Source: a virus | DNA: 31,673 nucleotides | Strand: one strand, 5' to 3' | IMG/VR virus record: IMGVR_UViG_3300045988_094921 | Location: 1 to 31,673 of that record | Position numbers and translations under genes: made by a program | Notes under the pieces: model-generated | Told to the model about the DNA's origin: nothing | What the model saw: only the letters and a program-made list of their open reading frames with translations | Database searches by the model: none | Part shown: positions 27,733 through 31,673 of the stretch, one piece after another | Numbering within the stretch: the first letter of the stretch is position 1 | Layout: each line of letters opens with the position of its first letter

Positions 27733-28344
27733 ATGTATAGTGGAGTTATATATCTAGCAACAAATCTTATAAATGGCAATAAATATGTAGGACAAACAAA
27801 TAATTTCTTGAGAAGAAAGAATGAACATAAATACAGTTCTAATCTTACATATTTTCATAGAGCGATTAGGAAATATGGATTCAATAACTTTAAATGGGAA
27901 ATTCTTCAAATCTTTTGTTGTTCTTCTACAGAATTATTGAAAAGACAACTAAATAATGCAGAAATTAAATATATTCAGTTATTTGATACATTAAATAATG
28001 GTTATAATTTAAATGAAGGTGGAGGTTCTAATACTGGATTTAAACACAGTGAAGAATCTAAACACAAAATGTCTTTAAAACAGTCTGGAAGAGTATTAAA
28101 GGATGAAACAAAATTAAAGTTAAGAGAATGTAGATTGGGAACTAAACAAACTGAACAGCAGAAAGAAAAAGTAAGTAAACGTATAATTATGACAGATATT
28201 AATGATACTTATATATGCACTTGGAAATCTGCTATGGACGCTGAAAGAAACGGAAATTTTGATCATAGTGCTATTATAAAATGTTGCAAAAATAAACAAA
28301 ACTATCATAAAAATTTTAAATTTAAGTATGAACAAATTAACTAA
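27733..28344 (+). CDS. GIY-YIG homing endonuclease, copy 3 (divergent from copies 1 and 2)
   Basis: MYSGVIYLATNLINGNKYVGQTNNFLRRKNEH...AIRKYGFNNFKWEIL, NUMOD3-like GFKHSEESKHKMS, and a C-terminal CTWKSAMDAERNG module. It sits between the protease and scaffold genes. No TGA; its Trp codons are TGG. Confidence 0.85.
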   Translation: MYSGVIYLATNLINGNKYVGQTNNFLRRKNEHKYSSNLTYFHRAIRKYGFNNFKWEILQIFCCSSTELLKRQLNNAEIKYIQLFDTLNNGYNLNEGGGSNTGFKHSEESKHKMSLKQSGRVLKDETKLKLRECRLGTKQTEQQKEKVSKRIIMTDINDTYICTWKSAMDAERNGNFDHSAIIKCCKNKQNYHKNFKFKYEQIN

Positions 28345-28939
28345 ACTGAGAATCGAACTTAGTAAACTCTTAGCAAAATTTAACGATGTTAAGACTAGTG
28401 CTGGAGTTCTAACTTACGATGGTAGTGAGGATGAGGATCTAAGGGCAGGTATGAGTGTATATACAATGGATACTGATACTGGCGAATATGCACCTGCTGC
28501 TGATGGTGAGTATGTTACCGAAGATGGCAAAACGATTGTTGTTAAAGACGGTAAAGTAGAGTCCATTACTGATCCTAAAGCTGAAGTTGATCCTGAAGAA
28601 GACAGAACTGTTGAGGTTGATGCTGCTTGTGGAACTAAGAGAGTAAAAGCTGAGGAAGTTGCTGATCCTGCTGTTGAAACAGACGGTGTTAAAGAAACTG
28701 AGACTGATGCAATCGACGCTATTCATCGCGAAATTAATGAGCTCTATGATATTGTAGATAAGCTTGTTAAGAAAGTAGCAGAACTTGAAGGAAAATCAGA
28801 AGCTACTGAAAAGACTGTAGAAAAAATGAGTAAGATGAGTGCTGCTTTTTCAGCAGAGGAAACACTCGAAAATAAAACAACTGCTCCTATAAGTGGAATA
28901 GCAGAAATAGATAGAAAGCTTAAAAACTTTATTGGTTAA
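28328..28939 (+). CDS. Scaffolding protein (putative)
   Basis: 203-aa highly acidic, helical and coiled-coil-prone protein immediately upstream of the major capsid gene. No Trp and no TGA. Confidence 0.6.
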   Translation: MNKLTKLRIELSKLLAKFNDVKTSAGVLTYDGSEDEDLRAGMSVYTMDTDTGEYAPAADGEYVTEDGKTIVVKDGKVESITDPKAEVDPEEDRTVEVDAACGTKRVKAEEVADPAVETDGVKETETDAIDAIHREINELYDIVDKLVKKVAELEGKSEATEKTVEKMSKMSAAFSAEETLENKTTAPISGIAEIDRKLKNFIG

Positions 28940-28960
28940 TTTATAAAATTTTAAATAATT

Positions 28961-29866
28961 ATGGCAAATAGTCCTGTAATGACAACTCTTCCTGCTTATG
29001 TGGAGCAAAGACGTCTCCCTCTTATTAAGGAAGCTGTTTTAAAAGCTAAGAGTGCAAGTTTGTTCAATCTTCAGACAGATATTAAAACTGATGCTGCTCT
29101 TAACCTGTTATCTACCGATGTTCAGTTCGGTGATGGTCTTACTTGTGGTTGGGATGAGGCTGGAACTCAGACTCTTTCTCAGAGAATTCTTAAGACTGGT
29201 AATATTAAGATTAATATGGCATATTGCGATAAGGCTATGCTGAAATACTGGACTCAGTATGCAGTTAAGGTAGCCGCTGGTCAGAAGACACTTCCTTTTG
29301 AAGAGGATTTCGTAAATGCTGTTGTAGAGAATGTAAAAGAGGCTATTGAGGTAGCTATCTGGCAGGGTGATACGGCTTCAGAAACTAATAACTTGAAGTA
29401 TTTTGATGGTCTGCTTAAGATTCTTGCTGCTGATAATGGTACTGTAGATGTAACAATTGCTGGAACATCTGCCTATACTGATATTATGGCAGTTTATAAT
29501 GCAATTCCTGAGAAGGTTCTTGATGGTGCTTCTATTCTTGTTGGTGCCGATATGTTCCGTAAGTTCGTAAATGAACTTGTTGAGAAGAACTATTTCCACT
29601 ATAGCGGAGAGAGCCTTAATGGTGAGATTTATCTTCCTGGTTCACAGGTTAAGGTTATTGCTGTTAATGGTCTTAATGGAACTGATAAGATTGTTGCTGG
29701 TCAGTTAGACAAGAACTTCTTCTATGGTGTAGATATGATGAACGATGAAGAGAAATTCGAATTGTGGTATTCACAGGATTTCCGCGAGTTCAGATTAGCT
29801 ATTGAATTTAACGCTGGTGTACAAGTTGCTTTCCCTGACGAAGTAGTATTAGGCGCCAAGGCTTAA
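28961..29866 (+). CDS. Major capsid protein (HK97-fold type)
   Basis: 301-aa ORF after the protease and scaffold genes. Visibly higher G+C and biased codon choice. All four Trp codons are TGG. Confidence 0.75.
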   Translation: MANSPVMTTLPAYVEQRRLPLIKEAVLKAKSASLFNLQTDIKTDAALNLLSTDVQFGDGLTCGWDEAGTQTLSQRILKTGNIKINMAYCDKAMLKYWTQYAVKVAAGQKTLPFEEDFVNAVVENVKEAIEVAIWQGDTASETNNLKYFDGLLKILAADNGTVDVTIAGTSAYTDIMAVYNAIPEKVLDGASILVGADMFRKFVNELVEKNYFHYSGESLNGEIYLPGSQVKVIAVNGLNGTDKIVAGQLDKNFFYGVDMMNDEEKFELWYSQDFREFRLAIEFNAGVQVAFPDEVVLGAKA

Positions 29867-29906
29867 TTTCAATAGATTTTATTAACTTCTAAATGATATT
29901 GAAATT

Positions 29907-30431
29907 ATGGCTTGTTTAATAACTATCGCAGGAATCACACTTGATTGCCAACCTTCATTGGGTGGAATCAAACAGGTATGGATTACCCAGTATGCAGATG
30001 TTAAAAGTGTAACGGTTGATCCTGAGAGCAATATGATTTCAGCTATTACTCTTGAGTCTTCAGCTAAATGGTATAACTACCAATTTAGAAAGGCTACTGG
30101 TTCTCTAACCTCAACTTTAAATGTAGATGAAAGTGCTGGTGTTAATTATGTAAGTAATGAGCTTGCTCTTGTATTTACAAAGATGGAAACAGCAAAACGA
30201 GTAGAGATTGCAGCTTTATCAATTGGTCAGCTTGCAGTTGTTGTTGAAGATAGCAATGGTAAGTATTGGTTCTTAGGTAAAGATGATTATGTAAGCGCTT
30301 CCGCTGGTACGGGTGTTACTGGTACTGCTAAAGGTGATCAGAATGCTTATACTCTGACACTTTCAACAGATTCAGATTCTTATCCTTATGAGTTATCTGC
30401 AGAAGCTATCCAAAGCGTTGTAGGTGCTTAA
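29907..30431 (+). CDS. Possible major tail (tube) protein
   Basis: 174-aa beta-rich protein (ITIAGITLDCQPSLGGIKQVWITQYADVKSV...LAVVVEDSNGKYWFLGKDD...) resembling siphovirus tube proteins. Same codon style as the capsid gene and followed by a strong terminator. Confidence 0.45.
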   Translation: MACLITIAGITLDCQPSLGGIKQVWITQYADVKSVTVDPESNMISAITLESSAKWYNYQFRKATGSLTSTLNVDESAGVNYVSNELALVFTKMETAKRVEIAALSIGQLAVVVEDSNGKYWFLGKDDYVSASAGTGVTGTAKGDQNAYTLTLSTDSDSYPYELSAEAIQSVVGA

Positions 30432-30442
30432 TAACAGAAAGA

Positions 30443-30479
30443 GGGGCGAGTATTAATTTACTTGCCCCTTATTTTGTTT
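30443..30479 (+). terminator. Strong rho-independent terminator of the capsid operon
   Basis: GGGGCGAGTA (30443-30452) pairs with TACTTGCCCC (30459-30468) with one G-T pair and a 6-nt loop, followed by TTATTTTGTTT. Confidence 0.8.
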
Positions 30480-30522
30480 ATATACCACATAATGAATAAT
30501 TTATATTTTATAGAAAAATAAT

Positions 30523-31673
30523 ATGGCAAACGAAACTGAAAAGACAATTCTTCCCTATCTTAATGTCCTTGAAGTCGAAACAATAGATAAGTCAAATGTG
30601 ACTAAAGTTATTGTTATTGACAAGGATGATGAAGTTAAGGTTATGGATGGTTCTCAGTTAGGATCAAGTAACTATCAAGATCTTCAATTTAAGCCTGAAA
30701 TCAATGGGGTTGAATTAAATGGAAATATTCCTTCTAAAGAATTAGGAATTCCTTCTATTGAAGATGTTGATAATCAGATTACTGAGAAACTAGCTGACTA
30801 TCCAACTAAAGAAGAGGTAACTACAGAGATTACTGAAGCCACTGCTGGAAAGCAAAATACACTCGTTCAAGGTGACGGTATAGTAATTGAAGAGAATACT
30901 ATTTCTGCAGATTATAATACTATTCGTAACAAACCATCTTTAAATGGAACTGAATTATCTGGAGCAGCTTCAATAGTACCTGCCATTAATATTCAATCAG
31001 TCCCATCTAAAGTTACTTTAGCTCCTGTATTTGGTAATCAAACTGGAGAAGCAGTTGAACTTCCAATATATAATACAGAGACTAATCAAGCTGGTATTGT
31101 TAATGGTCCTCTATATGCACAATTAGCAGATAAATATACTAAAGCTGAAATTGATGCTTTAAATACAGCTATTAATAAAGAGATAGCTTCAAAACAAGGA
31201 ACGCTTACAGCAGGAAAGAATATATCTATTATAGATAATGTAATCTCTGCTTTTGAGAATCATTTCTTACTTAATTTAGATGAGAATGATCCTGTAAGAC
31301 AGAAACATATCTATGACTTTATTAGAACTAATCTGGACTTCTATTTATTCTGCCAGATTACATATAAAGGTGATATTATAGTTATTCCTGTTGCAACTAT
31401 TGAGCATCCCGAAACTATTGATTTATATGGCTATTATTTCCAAGATAATGGTGTATTAGTAGTTATTAATGCAATCTTAGTAAATAATGGTAATATGACT
31501 GTTAAAGTTACTGAGGTTGATCTTACTAATAAAGGTTATACTAAAGATGAAGTAGATGAGAAACTTGCAACTAAGCAAGGTGTATTTACTCCACAAGCTC
31601 CATTAGCTTTTAATGAAGATAAAACTCAGTTATCTGTAGATTTATCTGGATACCAACCAGTTGGTGATTATGC
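30523..31673 (+). CDS. Tail fibre-like protein, N-terminal part (3' end outside the window)
   Basis: The ATG at 30523 opens a frame that stays open to the window end (not in the track because it has no stop). Contains DLQFKPEINGVELNGNIPSKELG, DYNTIRNKPSLNGTELSG and LATKQ...YQPVGDYA, the same repeat family as 1..959 and 2044..2703. Confidence 0.7.
   Translation, partial: MANETEKTILPYLNVLEVETIDKSNVTKVIVIDKDDEVKVMDGSQLGSSNYQDLQFKPEINGVELNGNIPSKELGIPSIEDVDNQITEKLADYPTKEEVTTEITEATAGKQNTLVQGDGIVIEENTISADYNTIRNKPSLNGTELSGAASIVPAINIQSVPSKVTLAPVFGNQTGEAVELPIYNTETNQAGIVNGPLYAQLADKYTKAEIDALNTAINKEIASKQGTLTAGKNISIIDNVISAFENHFLLNLDENDPVRQKHIYDFIRTNLDFYLFCQITYKGDIIVIPVATIEHPETIDLYGYYFQDNGVLVVINAILVNNGNMTVKVTEVDLTNKGYTKDEVDEKLATKQGVFTPQAPLAFNEDKTQLSVDLSGYQPVGDY

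Noticed and set aside
31600-31673. The two window ends might be one fibre gene across a circular junction, since QPVGDYA appears at both ends.
   Set aside because: The DNA encoding the shared peptide differs, so it is not an assembly overlap. Joining the ends leaves the frames out of register and creates TAG. The point is kept only as a weak remark in a finding.
1-31673. CRISPR arrays, rRNA, integrase with attP, transposase or IS elements, toxin-antitoxin or other known defence cassettes.
   Set aside because: There are no direct-repeat/spacer periodicity, no rRNA-like GC-rich structured regions, and no recombinase or transposase motifs in any frame under code 4. The only repeats are the dyad element, the tandem promoter duplication and paralogous endonuclease and fibre genes.

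Overview
AT-rich tailed-phage DNA (about 30% G+C by eye), probably close to a complete siphovirus-like genome. All modules are present: small and large terminase, portal, prohead protease, scaffold, HK97-like major capsid protein, tail tube candidate, tape measure, two very large tail or baseplate proteins, fibre and LRR receptor-binding genes, and a holin plus M15 endolysin lysis cassette. An early region holds an SF2 helicase, nucleases and a sigma factor.

The dominant feature is that TGA is a sense codon read as Trp (genetic code 4). The standard-code ORF track is fragmented. Reading TGA as Trp fuses the fragments into long, tightly packed genes, and every gene then ends in TAA or TAG. By hand count there are roughly 55-60 in-frame TGA codons. 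None fall in the helicase, the first early genes or the protease-scaffold-capsid-tube operon. I saw no tRNA in the window.

The early region has exact Bacteroidota-type promoters (TTTG-N20/21-TAnnTTTG). Shine-Dalgarno sequences are essentially absent.

Other notable content:
- A conserved ~50-nt dyad-symmetric intergenic element: five full copies plus one half copy at module boundaries. Two inverted copies bracket the helicase gene.
- A sigma factor split into separate region-2 and region-4 ORFs, flanked by HNH genes.
- A T9 run where a -1 shift is needed to continue a gene.
- An unusually high load of free-standing homing endonucleases: 3 GIY-YIG, 3 HNH and 1 T5orf172, one of them frame-broken.
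- Duplicated receptor-binding cassettes.

No CRISPR array, rRNA, tRNA, integrase or transposase was recognised.
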